From the NCBI RefSeq assembly GCF_009914755.1, contig NC_060932.1: a DNA stretch of 64,000 bases. One strand, 5' to 3'. The translations under genes were made by a program, and so were the position numbers. Numbering within the stretch: position 1 is the stretch's first letter; each line of letters begins with the position of its first letter. Shown in pieces: positions 45,155 to 58,178 of the stretch. Source of the DNA: the human T2T-CHM13v2.0 reference genome, Homo sapiens. The notes under the pieces were generated by a model, which was not told where the DNA came from, made no database searches, and worked only from the letters and a program-made list of their open reading frames with translations.

Positions 45155-46294
45155 TGTATTAGCCCAATTTAGATGCAATAACAAAGAGCGCCAAAATCCC
45201 AGTGGCTTAAAAAAACAATTTCTTTCTAGCTCATGTTGCATGTGGATGGCTGCAGCTCAGCAGCTGTAGAATCTGCACCACCTGTCTTATGCTGAGATCC
45301 AGCCTGGAGGAACACCCCTCTGTGGAATGTGGCACTCTCTTGGCAGAAAGAGCAAGAAAGCAGGCAGAAACTCATGAAGACTCTTAAAGGCTTCTGCTTG
45401 GGCACGGGGTATGTTTCATCTACTCACAGTCCACTGGCCAACACAAGTCACATGGTCAAACCCCAAGTCCATCCGTGAGTCAGGAGTTGTATCCTCCTCC
45501 CTCCTATGGGAGACACTGCAAGTCACATGACATTACAGGGAAAGGGGTCACGTGTAGTCCTCTTAAAAGGAAGGGACAGGCCGTCCGGGAGGTGAGGGGC
45601 GCCTCTGCCCGGCCGCCCCTACTGGGAAGTGAGGACCCCTCTGCCAGGCCAGCCGCCCCGTCCGGGAGGGAGGTGGGGGGGACAGCCCCCCGCCCGGCCA
45701 GCCGCCCCATCCGGGAGGTGAGGGGCGCTTCTGCCCGGCCGCCCCTACTGGGAAGTGAGGAGCCCCTCTGCCCGGCCACGACCCCGTCTGGGAGGTGTGC
45801 CCAGCGGCTCATTGGGGATGGGCCATGATGACAATGGCGGTTTTGTGGAATAGAAAGGCGGGAAGGGTGGGGAAAAAATTGAGAAATCGGATGGTTGCCG
45901 GGTCTGTGTGGATAGAAGTAGACATGGGAGACTTTTCATTTTGTTCTGTACTAAGAAAAATTCTTCTGCCTTGGGATCCTGTTGATCTGTGACCTTATCC
46001 CCAACCCTGTGCTCTCTGAAACATGTGCTGTGTCCGCTCAGGGTTAAATGGATTAAGGGCGGTGCAAGATGTGCTTTGTTAAACAGATGCTTGAAGGCAG
46101 CATGCTCGTTAAGAGTCATCACCACTCCCTAATCTTAAGTACCCAGGGACACAAACACTGCGGAAGGCCGCAGGGTCCTCTGCCTAGGAAAACCAGAGAC
46201 CTTTGTTCACTTGTTTATCTGCTGACCTTCCCTCCGCTATTGTCCTATGACCCTGCCAAATCCCCCTCTGCGAGAAACACCCAAGAATGATCAA

Positions 46295-46339
<45 letters not shown>

Positions 46340-46405
46340 AAAAGAAAGAAAAAAAAAAAAAGGAAGGGGCAGGAAGTGAGTAATTGTGGACAACACAATG
46401 ACCTG
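45155..46405 (-). mobile_element. MLT1J solo LTR split by the SVA
   Basis: AAATCCCAGTGGCTTAAAA...CACAAGTCACATGGTCAAACCCCAAGTC...CACTGCAAGTCACATG | GAGTAATTGTGGACAAC. Confidence 0.8.
45581..46357 (+). mobile_element. 5'-truncated SVA (SVA_E-like): end of VNTR + SINE-R + poly(A)
   Basis: VNTR CCGTCCGGGAGGTGAGGGGCGCCTCTGCCCGGCCGCCCCTACTGGGAAGTGAGG; SINE-R; AATAAA 46293-46298; (AAAT)n/A tail; TSD AAAAGGAAGGGACAGG (45565-45580) / AAAAGGAAGGGGCAGG (46358-46373) at a TT/AAAA site. Confidence 0.98.
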
Positions 46406-46652
46406 GGGAAAGGAAGAACAGCCTTGTATGGGGTTATGACAATGGGCTCTGATGTCACACCCGTCTGAATTTGAATCCAGGCCTGCTAGTTATTAGCTGA
46501 GTGGCCTTGGGGATATTAGAAAAACATTATAATCCTCAGTCCCTTCGTCTATAAAATGGGAACATCAGTATCTACTTTACAAGGCCGCAGTGAAGATTTA
46601 ATGAGATAAAGCTTAAGTTCTTAGCACAGAGCCTTATATAATAAAATATTCA

Positions 46653-47046
<394 letters not shown>

Positions 47047-48117
47047 CTATGATTCTCACCACTCCTGGTGCCATTCAGACCTTCCCTCGGTAAGACAGCC
47101 TCTCTCAACCTGGAAAATGCCACTGGGTCCACAGTGAAGTGGAGGAAGAAAAACAAAGAAAATGGTAAGAGCTGACAGTTTCGACAAGCTGTTCCTTTGG
47201 AAGCTTCTCAATCATGGACAAGTCAACTCTGTTGACACATGAAAATGATGTGCCTGGAACAAGTAAATATACCTTAGACTCCTGATATCTAAATCTGGCT
47301 TTGGAAAAAGAATACAATTCATCCAGGAGTCAAAAAAGTGAGTAGGTGAAGGTCTCCAGGCAGAGGATCAGTGTGGGAGGCTACAGGGTCTCCACAAGCA
47401 GCCTGAGTTACTGGGAGGACAGGCAATTCTCACCTTCTCTACTGTAGGAGGAAAAGCAGCCCTGTTCCCATGAGTTCTCACCCAAAGAGGCCAGGGCCAT
47501 GTGTGCTGCCTTCCTCTTTGATAAGGGGGACTAGTTTCAGCAACATGACCCCATGCCCTCTGCAAACTGCATCAAGTCATTAGCAACGATAGAGGTAACC
47601 TCACCATCTTCAGTAATTACCCATTGGATCTTTGGGATAGCAGTTCCTTGGTACCTAGGAAGCTGGATAAGAAGGGTTTCAGGGAGCCCTGGAACTCCTC
47701 CCCTGTTCTCTCAGAGAGAGAGAGAGCTTGGGTCTTAGAGTAGCTCTCCTGCTTCTCTCTAGAATGTCTGCCATAAGAAGGAGCTGAATTCTAAGGCAGC
47801 CTTACTCCAGCCTTGCAGCTGTTACAGAGACTGATGGTTGTGAATACAGATTCTTGTCAGCCAACCTGGCTCAAATCCTATCTGTGTGACCTTGAGGAAG
47901 TTGTATAACATATTTGAGTTTTGATTTCCCCATCAGTAAAAATGGGGATGTTAATATAAGTTATTTTTTCCCTTTTCGTCCTTCAGCCATTGTCACAAAT
48001 CTCATGATCACCCTCTCATTTCAGACAAATGACTGATACATCATTCACTACATTGAGTCTTCACCTGGGGTAGTTTCTTTAAATGGAACTGCAGATTATC
48101 AGAGAATTACTTCTTGA

Positions 48118-48807
<690 letters not shown>

Positions 48808-48869
48808 TGTTATATTATTGTTTAGAAACATTTGTTACCATCTTAGGTTTCTTATATCCTTTCTGTAGG

Positions 48870-49282
48870 TTTATTATATGTCAGTAGAAAGTTTTCTAAA
48901 ATACAAGTTGCCATGTCCTATTGTGCTTCTCCTGGTGCCCTCTCAATGGAAGAAAAGAGTTTCACCCCCTCCTCACCAGTGACCCTGAACTGAATCATGG
49001 GAATGTCTTTGGTTAGTGGATGGCAAGCAGAACTCTGCTTCACATCCAAGCAGAACCAATAAGAGGCACATAGTTCTGCCATTTCTCGCTTTCTTCTGAC
49101 ACATGAATACCCGTGCCCAGATGCCACCTGCTCCTTCCAAAGAGACGAGACCATGGAGCAGAGTCATAGCTGGCCTCCAACCAACAAGTAACATGAATAA
49201 GAAATAAATGTGGTTCTTATAAACCGCTGAGATGTGGATGTGGTTTGTTAGGACAGCATCACTTAGCCTAAACTATACAACA
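48870..49282 (+). mobile_element. MLT1 (J/K-like) solo LTR
   Basis: GAATAAGAAATAAATGTGGTTCTTATAAACCGCTGAGATGTGG...GTTTGTTAGGACAGCATCACTTAGCCT. Confidence 0.65.
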
Positions 49283-49481
49283 ACTGTGAGGTATGGAAAT
49301 TGATAACCACCCCATTTCACAGATGAGAAACTGCAGCTGTGATTTGCAGACACTGCAAAGCTGGAGAATGAGAGCACAAGCCTCCTGCGCATGCTTTTGT
49401 TTCCAAACCTTGTACTCATCCTACTACGCTATGTGCTTCCCAACAAAATTTGGTTCCTTTGTAGAACTTCTCATAGTTCAG

Positions 49482-49672
49482 ATTTTTATTTATTTTTACA
49501 TTTTTTTTTTGGCATAGGATCTCACTCTGTGGCCCAACCTGGAGTGCAGTGGTGCAGTCATAGCTCACTGTAGCCTCGAAATCCTGGACTGAAGCAATCC
49601 TTTCACCTCAGCCTCCCAAGTAGCTGGAACTACAGGCACATGGCACCATATCCAGCTAATTTTTATTTTTTT
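49482..49672 (-). mobile_element. Alu right monomer (FRAM or 5'-truncated AluJ)
   Basis: GATCTCACTCTGTGGCCCAACCTGGAGTGCAGTGG...CATAGCTCACTGTAGCCTCG; no left arm. Confidence 0.9.
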
Positions 49673-49889
49673 GTCAGACTCACCCATCAGTCTAAGCTCC
49701 ATGAAGGCAGGAGCCATGCCTATCTTTTTCAACATTTTATTCTCAGTTCTGAGTACATATTAGACGCTATTCCTTGATGAACAAATGAATGATCAAATGA
49801 ATGAATGTATCTGCCCATTGAATAACTTGATTCTTTCATTTCTATGTTGGGAAGAAAAAAAGTGACCACAAAACAAGTGGAAATTTTGC

Positions 49890-50105
49890 ATTTTAATTTT
49901 TTAATTTTTAAAATTATGTTTAAATTTTTTTATATTTAGGGGGTACAAGTGCAGGTTTCTTACATGCACATATTGCATATGGGTGAAGTTTGGGCTTTTC
50001 GTGTAACCCTCATGCAAATAATAAACATTGTTCCCAATAGGTAATTTTTCAACCCTCACTCTCCTCCAACCTTTCCACCTTTTGTTATCTCCAATGTCCA
50101 TTATT
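49890..50105 (-). mobile_element. L1PB/L1MA 3' end fragment
   Basis: TTAGGGGGTACAAGTGCAGGTTTCTTACATGCACATATTGCAT...CCCAATAGGTAATTTTTCAACCCTC. Confidence 0.88.
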
Positions 50106-50737
50106 AAAGGTGGGAAATGTTTAGATTCAAAGTGGACATTAGACCCAGTGGCCCAGCTGGAATCAGGAGGTGTGGATGGATGACACCCTTACCGTCCAAC
50201 TCATTAACTTTCTGTAAGTATTACTACCATCATCACTCAAGCTCTGCCCAGGAAAGGGATATCTGTAATCTTAGACTGTGCTGCACAGCTCCACCCATTG
50301 GACCCTCAAACTGGGTGCATCCCAAACCTGCCTCTTCATTTTCTTCCCCAAACCTGCCTCTCCACCTGCATTGCTGTCTTGGTAAGGGCATCACTCTGCC
50401 CAGTCACCCAACCCAGAGACGTGGGAGTTAACCAGAGTTTTCCTTTCCATCCCTAACCTAGTTAGTCACCCAGTCCGACTGATATGTGAGATTACTCTTC
50501 ACTTTCCTAGCTCTTCTGACCTGATTTTCAGACCTTATCTTCTCTCTTCTGGACCTCAACAGGCAGCTGCACTTACTACTCTCTCCATCCCCATACCCTG
50601 GATCCTCTAAAACACTTTCCATATAGCTGTAGGGAGACATTAAAAATAAACCATATATCCATATATACATATATAAATAAACAAACATATCATTTTCCTG
50701 CTTAGAAAAGGTAAGGGATGTTAGATATTATCTGCGT

Positions 50738-50916
50738 CAGTGTTTTTCAAACTTGTTTAGTCATAAGAATGATTTTAGGGCATTTGTTTAAAATATAGGT
50801 TCCTGGGCCCCACCCTCAACCTACTTACTTGGAATCTTCCACGGAGGAGCCTGGGAATCTGTTTTGAATAAATATTTCAGGCTGCGCTTATGATTGGGCC
50901 AGTTTAGAAAACATTT
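50738..50916. mobile_element. MER5A-family DNA transposon
   Basis: CAGTGTTTTTCAAACT...TTCCTGGGCCCCACCC...GGAGCCTGGGAATCTG...AGTTTAGAAAACA TIRs. Confidence 0.8.
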
Positions 50917-50929
50917 AACATTGACGTAG

Positions 50930-51330
50930 CCTACTAGTTAGAATGAGATTCAGCTGTGAGTAACAGGAATCTCTAAAACAACAGCTAACTAAACAAGATA
51001 ATGGTATTTCTCTCCTAAATTATGCTGGCCATTGGTCCAGGGCTGATAGGGCACTTCCTGGTGTCAGGAACACAGGCTCCATGTCATCCACCGTCTTTGG
51101 CCTCAAAATCATGGCCCAAGATGGCATCATCCACATTCCTGGCTCAGGATGGAGGAGGAATGAAGGATGCATGGGCGTTGAGTCTCAGGAGGGCTCCTAG
51201 AACTGCCATGTGACTCTTCTGAGAGACCACTGGCCTGAAGTTGGCCACACAGTCGCTAGTTACAAGAGAAACTGAGAAATGCAGTCTGCATGTCCTATCA
51301 GAAAATGTGGGCAAAAACAATATTGGGAAG
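50930..51330 (-). mobile_element. MLT1K-like solo LTR
   Basis: CAGCTGTGAGTAACAGGAA...GGCCCAAGATGGC...CAAGAGAAACTGAGAAATGCAGTCT. Confidence 0.65.
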
Positions 51331-52243
51331 TAACTGTGAAGACCAGTACTCCTATTTAACAGAAAAATAATCTGAGGTCCAAAGAGATTAATTAGTTTGC
51401 CCAAAGTCACAGGACTAGGTAGTGTCCCCAAATACGGCTGCAGTTTGTTTACTTTCAGTTACTGAAAAATAAGCTATCACACAAGGAGATGTTATTGCTG
51501 ATGGTTCACACAGGGTTGGCAATGCTGTCCAGATGGCATGGAACAAAGGAACCATATCTATATCTCTGAAGGTGGCCTCTGTCTTTCTAGGTATCTCTGT
51601 GAGCCAAGAATCTTGACTTTTCAGGAGGTGACAATCGGACATGATACTTGCAGTAAGAGAGAGGTGCTGACCTAAAGCAGAAAGATTTTTCAGCTCTGAA
51701 CCCTTCAGTCTATTAATGTCTACACCACCTGTTAAATGAGATGATCAAATGCCTTCTATGGTGTCAGCCTCTCTATGTCAAGGTTTCCATTAATCTTAAA
51801 GCAATGCTAAAGAGTTCACCACTGCACCACTGCCTCCTTTGCCTGATTCCCCTGATGCCTTTTGTTCCCCCCATTTTTGGCCACAACTAACCATTCAGTC
51901 ATTCAACAAATCCCTCTTGGGCACCTCCTCTGTGCCATACACGATGCTAAGCATTGGGAGTAAATGAAGAATAAAATGCAGACTAAACCCTCAGAGCATC
52001 CCCCAGCTAGTAGAAGAGACAGGCAAATAAAGTGATTGTTACAGAATCATAATCTCACTGCATTGGGAAGTCTGAGAGGCCTGAGGTCAAGTCTCAGCGT
52101 TACTATTTATTACCTGTGTCATCCTGGGAAAATCTGCATTTGATTTCTCATCAATAAAATAAGGATAAAGTTCCCTATCAAATAGGGTTTGGGTGAGGAT
52201 TAGCAAGGTAATGTACAGGACTTGGCACATTATTGAATGTAGA

Positions 52244-52470
52244 TGGTAATAATGTATTGTATATTTCAAAATACCTAAGAGTACATTTTAAATGTTTCAC
52301 TATAAAAAATGATAGTTAAACAAGGTTATGGCTATGTTAATTAGTTTGATTTAATCATTCTACATTCTATACGTATCTCAAACATCACATTATACCCCCT
52401 AAATGCAGATGGTTATGATTTGTTGATTAAAAAAATATTAATTTAATAATAATAACTTTTTAAAAAGAAA
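52244..52470 (+). mobile_element. L1MA 3' end fragment
   Basis: TAATAATGTATTGTATATTTCAAAATACCTAAGAG...TATGTTAATTAGTTTGATTTAATCATTC. Confidence 0.88.
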
Positions 52471-53367
52471 GAGCCAATGCAAGCTTTACCATATTCCTTT
52501 TCCTGCCTTGAAATTCATGGAACCATGCATCATGATAGAGCTTCTATCACTTGGGTCTTTGAGTGACCAAAATGATCTGAGTAGTCCTGCCAGCCTCCAA
52601 GGGACAGATAGCACAAGCAATAAATAAACCTTTGTGGATCTAAATCACTGAGATTGGGGTTGTTACTGAAACACAGCACAGACTGCCAAGCTGGAAAGAG
52701 AGTCCTATAGACCACACCAGCCAGGAAATATACCTGGGAAACACCTGCTGGGAAGATGCACATAAACACCTATAGGAAATTTTCATTTGCAGCAGCTGGC
52801 ATGACAGCTGGAGCAGGTCTCTCTCTTCACTACAGCCTTGCTACCAAAAGCATTTCTCCCTCTGAAAGAAGCAAGTGGTACCCATGGGGGAAGATGAAGC
52901 CATTTTTCTTTCTTTCCCCTGCTAATTCTCTCAAAATCCAGAAGTCGAGCAATCTCTAAAACAGAACCACGTACTAAGTGCTTATTATGTATGGAGGCCA
53001 GTGCTGAGCAATTCATGTCTATTTTTCACCCAGCAACCCCAGGAGATTACTGCTGTGATGATCACTCCTATTTTCTAAACAAGAAAGTCGAGGCTTAAAG
53101 TATTTAACTAACTTGCTCTAGATCACACAGATGGTAAGTGTGCAAGTTACGCTTCCAAGCAGGTTTGTTTGACTCCACTTCTGCTTGTTATGCTACAAGG
53201 AACTGTGTCCAGGGGCCAAGGAGAGCTCCAGCTCTGAAGCCTGAGAAGCTACCGCAGGTGCCTCTTTTTCCTAGGATTCTAGTAAGTCTACCATCTGAAG
53301 TGATCCTGTCACATGGTACATCCAATTCATCACAAGAGCACCAGATCACTAGGAAAAGGCACAAGTA

Positions 53368-53672
53368 GGCCGGGCGCGGTGGCTCACGCCTGTAATCCCA
53401 GCACTTTGGGAGGCCGAGGCGGGTGGATCACAAGGTCAGGAGGTCGAGACCATCCTGGCTAATACGGTGAAACCCCGTCTCTACTAAAAATACAAAAAAA
53501 AATTAGCCGGGCGTGGTAGCGGGCGCCTGTAGTCCCGGCTACTCGGGAGGTTGAGGCAGGAGAATGGCGTGAACCTGGAGGCGGAGCTTGCAGTGAGCCA
53601 AGATAGCGCCACTGCAGTCCAGCCTGGGCGAAAGAGCGAGACTCCGTCTCAAAAAAAAAAAAAAAAAAAAAA
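53368..53672 (+). mobile_element. Young AluY-lineage element (AluYk-like diagnostics)
   Basis: GAGACCATCCTGGCTAA; GAATGGCGTGAACC; GGAGCTTGCAG; GATAGCGCCACTGCAGTCC; GGGCGAAAGAGCG; perfect 17-bp TSD AGGAAAAGGCACAAGTA (53351-53367, 53673-53689). Confidence 0.97.
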
Positions 53673-56600
53673 AGGAAAAGGCACAAGTAGAGGAGGGTTA
53701 GCACCCTCCCAAGCCTTTCTCATGCCCATACTGCTTTTCTTTTTCTCTGTTCCACCTCTACCCTCAGCAGCAGCTACACAATGATGTCATAATTATAAGG
53801 GCAACAGCATCCAGTAAGATAATGTAGGCAGGCCCAACCTGGGCTGGTCCAGGTTATAAGGAATAGAGGTGCTTAGCCTCTGGGGATGTGCAGGAGGAGT
53901 CCAGACAAACAAACACAGCAATGCTCATGGCTCGCAGGGTGAAAGATGACCCTGTGGTTGTCATTCACCATCCTGCATCTGGATCTTGACATGCTCTTTT
54001 TTCTGTATGAAATGCTCTTCCCCACAACACCTGTCCTTGTCTACACTTCTTTATACATCTGTCACCCCTCCTCAACTCAACAAATGTGAAGCACAGGGAA
54101 TACATTTTATTCATCTTCATATCCCCTGAACCCAGCTCAGTGCCTAGCACACAGTGAGTACTCAATGAATTCATAAATGAACACTATAGCCCAAGTGGGG
54201 ATCTTCATGTATCTACAGCATTTGACTCCCTATGAAATACTGTGACTTTTATGCTTCTCAAAAAGTCTGTGAATCAAGCAAGGCAGATGTCATTCTCCTT
54301 TTATGTAGGAGAAACCAAGATTCCAAAATTTTAAGTGACTTGGTCAAGATCACCAGTGAGCAAGTGGTACAGCCAGAAATGAAACTGTGTTAAATAACGG
54401 GACCACTTTAACACAGTATTAAACTGTGTTAAATATTTGTTGGAGAGACAGGAAGAGAAAAGGAGAAATGGAGAGAGAGAGAGAAAAAGAAAAAAAAAAA
54501 CACAGAGGTGATTTGGATTCAAACCCGAATTCAATGGTCTGACCATCTGCCCATAATAATTTGGTGAGACTCACACTGAGAGGCTGAATCAATGATTGTT
54601 TGTATAGGCAGAGATAAGTGGACACATTTCGCGTTGAGGAATTATCAAACAGCAATTTTAGTAATGTCGTTAGACTGTAATAGAGATAGAGTGCAATTTA
54701 GATAGGCATATCCTCTTTCTAATCATCATTCGTCCATCAGCCTTGGAGGTCAAGTTGAGTTTAATCTTCCTCGATGGCTGTACTTTTGGTTTCAGTCTCT
54801 CATACTCACTGCACCTCCTGTAACTTCCATTCAGCATGCAATGAGAGAGGCATGTGTCTAGAGACTGGGAAGGCACGGTGGTTCTGCTTTGTTAAAACAA
54901 AAAAGGCCCATTGTAACACTGGTTTTCCTCAGATAGTCAGCCTTGTCTACACTTCCACAAATTTACCCACTTGAATACGCTGTAGTATATTTCAGGAAAC
55001 TCACAATGTTTCTGCAGAAAGGACTGTTTACATGGAGGTTTTCAGCAGCCTTAGCAGGCATGATGTTTGGATCCTGGAAATCATCTATTTTTTATGTGTA
55101 AATAAACAGTGGGAGGAAAGGAGAAGGCATCCATACAATTTTAATGAACAAGATTCCCATCAGTTATCAAAAGAAAACAAAAGGTAGCTTAAAGGGCACA
55201 AGGAAGCTATTCTTCTAGTGATTTCTCTGCTCAGCTCTCCTGGGAAAAGGAGTGGCTTCTAAATTAAAAAAAAAGAAAATCATGCTCTAGTATTTTTTTT
55301 TCCTGTCATTTCATTGTCTTTGATCTTGCATTTCCTAAGAAAGAAGCACTTAACCTCTAGTATCAGATCAATGTTGGAAATGCACGCTTTATTTTAAGAT
55401 CCTTTTCTAACACATGGAAACTCTGTATCTTCACAAGTGAACTTAACATGATTCAAACAGATTGCATTCCACAACCAACGTGCTTCAAAACTATTGGCTG
55501 AATTCAGGCATAAAGCTGGTTTTTTTCATCACCACTAATGAATTATTTTTGAAATAGCAAGTCTTTTCCAAATAAAAGTTACTTAACTAAATTCGAGCCA
55601 TGATGTTTTAAAATCAATTTTTACATGGACACTACCCAAGTGGATTCTCCTTGCACCAAAATGGCAGATTCTCCATGGATTTCTCCTGAAGGGAGGTGAA
55701 AGCCTCCTCCAGTCACACAAGTAGTCTATCATGAATCTGCCTGAATTCCCTTCCCAGTGAATGAAGTGTATTATGTTGGCAGAAGGATACTCCATCATCT
55801 ATAATAAATATTCATCTGCATGTATCATGCACTTGAGCTGCATGACTGATGAACTCCGGCTCCGGAAATGAAAGGGAAATGCACCAAGACAAATGTCACC
55901 TTTCAATGCTTCTCCAACAGATAAATTGTAGTTAGATTTAAACAAAGTCAGTAATTTCATGCTTTCCAACTGGTGCCTGATTCAGCTCAGATGGCCCCTA
56001 CTCTGTTTAAGGGTGCTAATACCCAGGTTGGTTAGTTGAGTTTTGGCAATCTCTACTAGAGAACAGTCAACAATTTCTACTTCATATGCTTATTGAAATA
56101 CAATTATGCTAAATACACTTCCCCAGGTATTTATGCACGTTGGATAATTTAAAATTTGGGCAGCTTAAAAGCCAACATAGGTATAGCTCTTTTGAAAAAT
56201 AATTTGGCACTATGCGATAAAAATGTATTTCCCCTTTAACTCAGGAATCACCCTCCTGGGGATGAATCCAAAAGCTTTACAAGGGGTATCATTTATCTCC
56301 CAGCGTCTGTTTTCTTTTGATGAGGGGAAATTCCACATCCCAGAAGATACTCTCTTTTTCTCTGCAGTCCCAGAGGGAAGGGAGGAATTTGGCTGATGAG
56401 TGGATTTGGGAGAAGGAGCCACAGAAGAATGCTCATACATATGTTGGGCTAATTTTCTTTCTCCATGCTCCATCTGGGGAGACAGTTTGGTCTGTACTGA
56501 ACAATAAGAGATGTGAAATTCAATTCAGAAAAAAAATTTTAGGAAATTGGTATACCTGATACCTTATTCTGTATCTAACTGGCCTTAACATCTCTCATTC

Positions 56601-57989
56601 ATTTGTATCAGATCTTGTGAGAGAAAGAGAAAGGTTTCATGTCTTAGCCCTTATCAAACACCAACAAGCTTCAGACTTAAAGATGTCCACTGTGAAATTA
56701 TTTGTTACCTAACAATGGAAACGTTTGATGAGCAAAATCCACTCAGTGTGATGCATAACACTAGGCAGCCACTACAGATCATGTAAATACAATGCCTAGA
56801 ATATACTTGATAATATTGAAGCAAAAAACAGAAGGATAGATAATACTTGCAAAACATTGATAATTATGAAAAAAGGTTGGTCAAGCTTATCAGAGCGTGC
56901 AGAGTGGTGCCATGGATCCTAGGAGGGGAATACCCAGCCTCACCACTCTGACATGTTCTTTGCATGGCCAAGGCCAAGAGAAGAGCTCAGTGACATCTGA
57001 TATTTTCCCTACTGGGACTCTGCCTACTCCCACAGTACCTTTACACTTGGGAAAACATACATAGTTTAATATAAGCCGTAATGTAAAGTATGTGACAAGG
57101 TGTGAAACCAGACAACCCATACATTCAACAACAATGATGATACCAAAAATATCCATTAAAACTAAGCAGCAACATCAAAATGCTTGTGTATTGCTGAATA
57201 CAAAATGGAAAACCCAGGACACAAAAATCCACAGGCACAAAATGATGAGAGTATGTTCTGAATTGGGTATTACTGCTAGTATCTGATTCTGTACAACTGC
57301 GGTCCTAACGATATGTGAAATTTGATGGGAATTACATTTAAAATTGTACTTGAAAATATGATGGTGAAAAAAAGAATTCAAAGAATTAGAGGGATGTTAA
57401 AATGCTGGGATTATGACTTCTGTTATGTAAATGTATTTTTTGGAAGTGTATCCTTGATCATTTGACTATGGAACAAGAATTCTGTGCAAGTATTACACAT
57501 TCTTAGGGAGTGAGTCCTTAGGCCAGGTAAATATCTTTTATGTCTTTGGTTGAAACCTGAAATGAGGAAATTAAGGCCAGAAATTTGATGAAGTCCTATC
57601 ATTAGTAGAACTAGGTCCTTATTTTTTCTGTTTGAGGAAACACTTATAATGTTGACTCCATTGCCCTTTATTGAAGTTTTTGTCTACAGACACCACTAGA
57701 CTGTAAGCTGCATTCTTCTGATTCATTTCTTTATCACCACCCAGCCTAGTCCCTAATACTTAGTAGATACCCAATAAATGAACATTTGAGTTCTGCTCCA
57801 TTGGGTTGTCCTCTGATTGCTTCAGAGACCTTTGACGTGATTTCACAGCAAGAATTGTAAATTATTTGGCAGCCAGGATGACTTTGGCCAATATTCTTTT
57901 AGCATCTTCCCAACACACATAGCACAGGACTAGGTACACTACCAATGAATTGATTGACAGTTGAAGAGAAAATTTAAAGCTAACAATAG

Positions 57990-58178
57990 TTTTAACTTTT
58001 ATTTTACGTGCAGAAGTACACGTGAAGGTTTGTTACATAGGTAAACTCATGTCATGGGGGTTTGTTTTACAGATTATTTCATCCCCCAGGCATTAAGCCC
58101 AGTACTCAATATTTATCTTTCCTTCTCCTCTTCCTCCTCCCATCCTTCACCCTCAAGTAGACCCCAGTGTCTGTTCTC
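57990..58178 (-). mobile_element. L1PA15/16-like 3' end, heavily 5'-truncated
   Basis: GTTTGTTACATAGGTAAACTCATGTCATGGGGGTTTG; perfect TSD TTTAAAGCTAACAA at 57973-57986 and 58179-58192. Confidence 0.92.
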
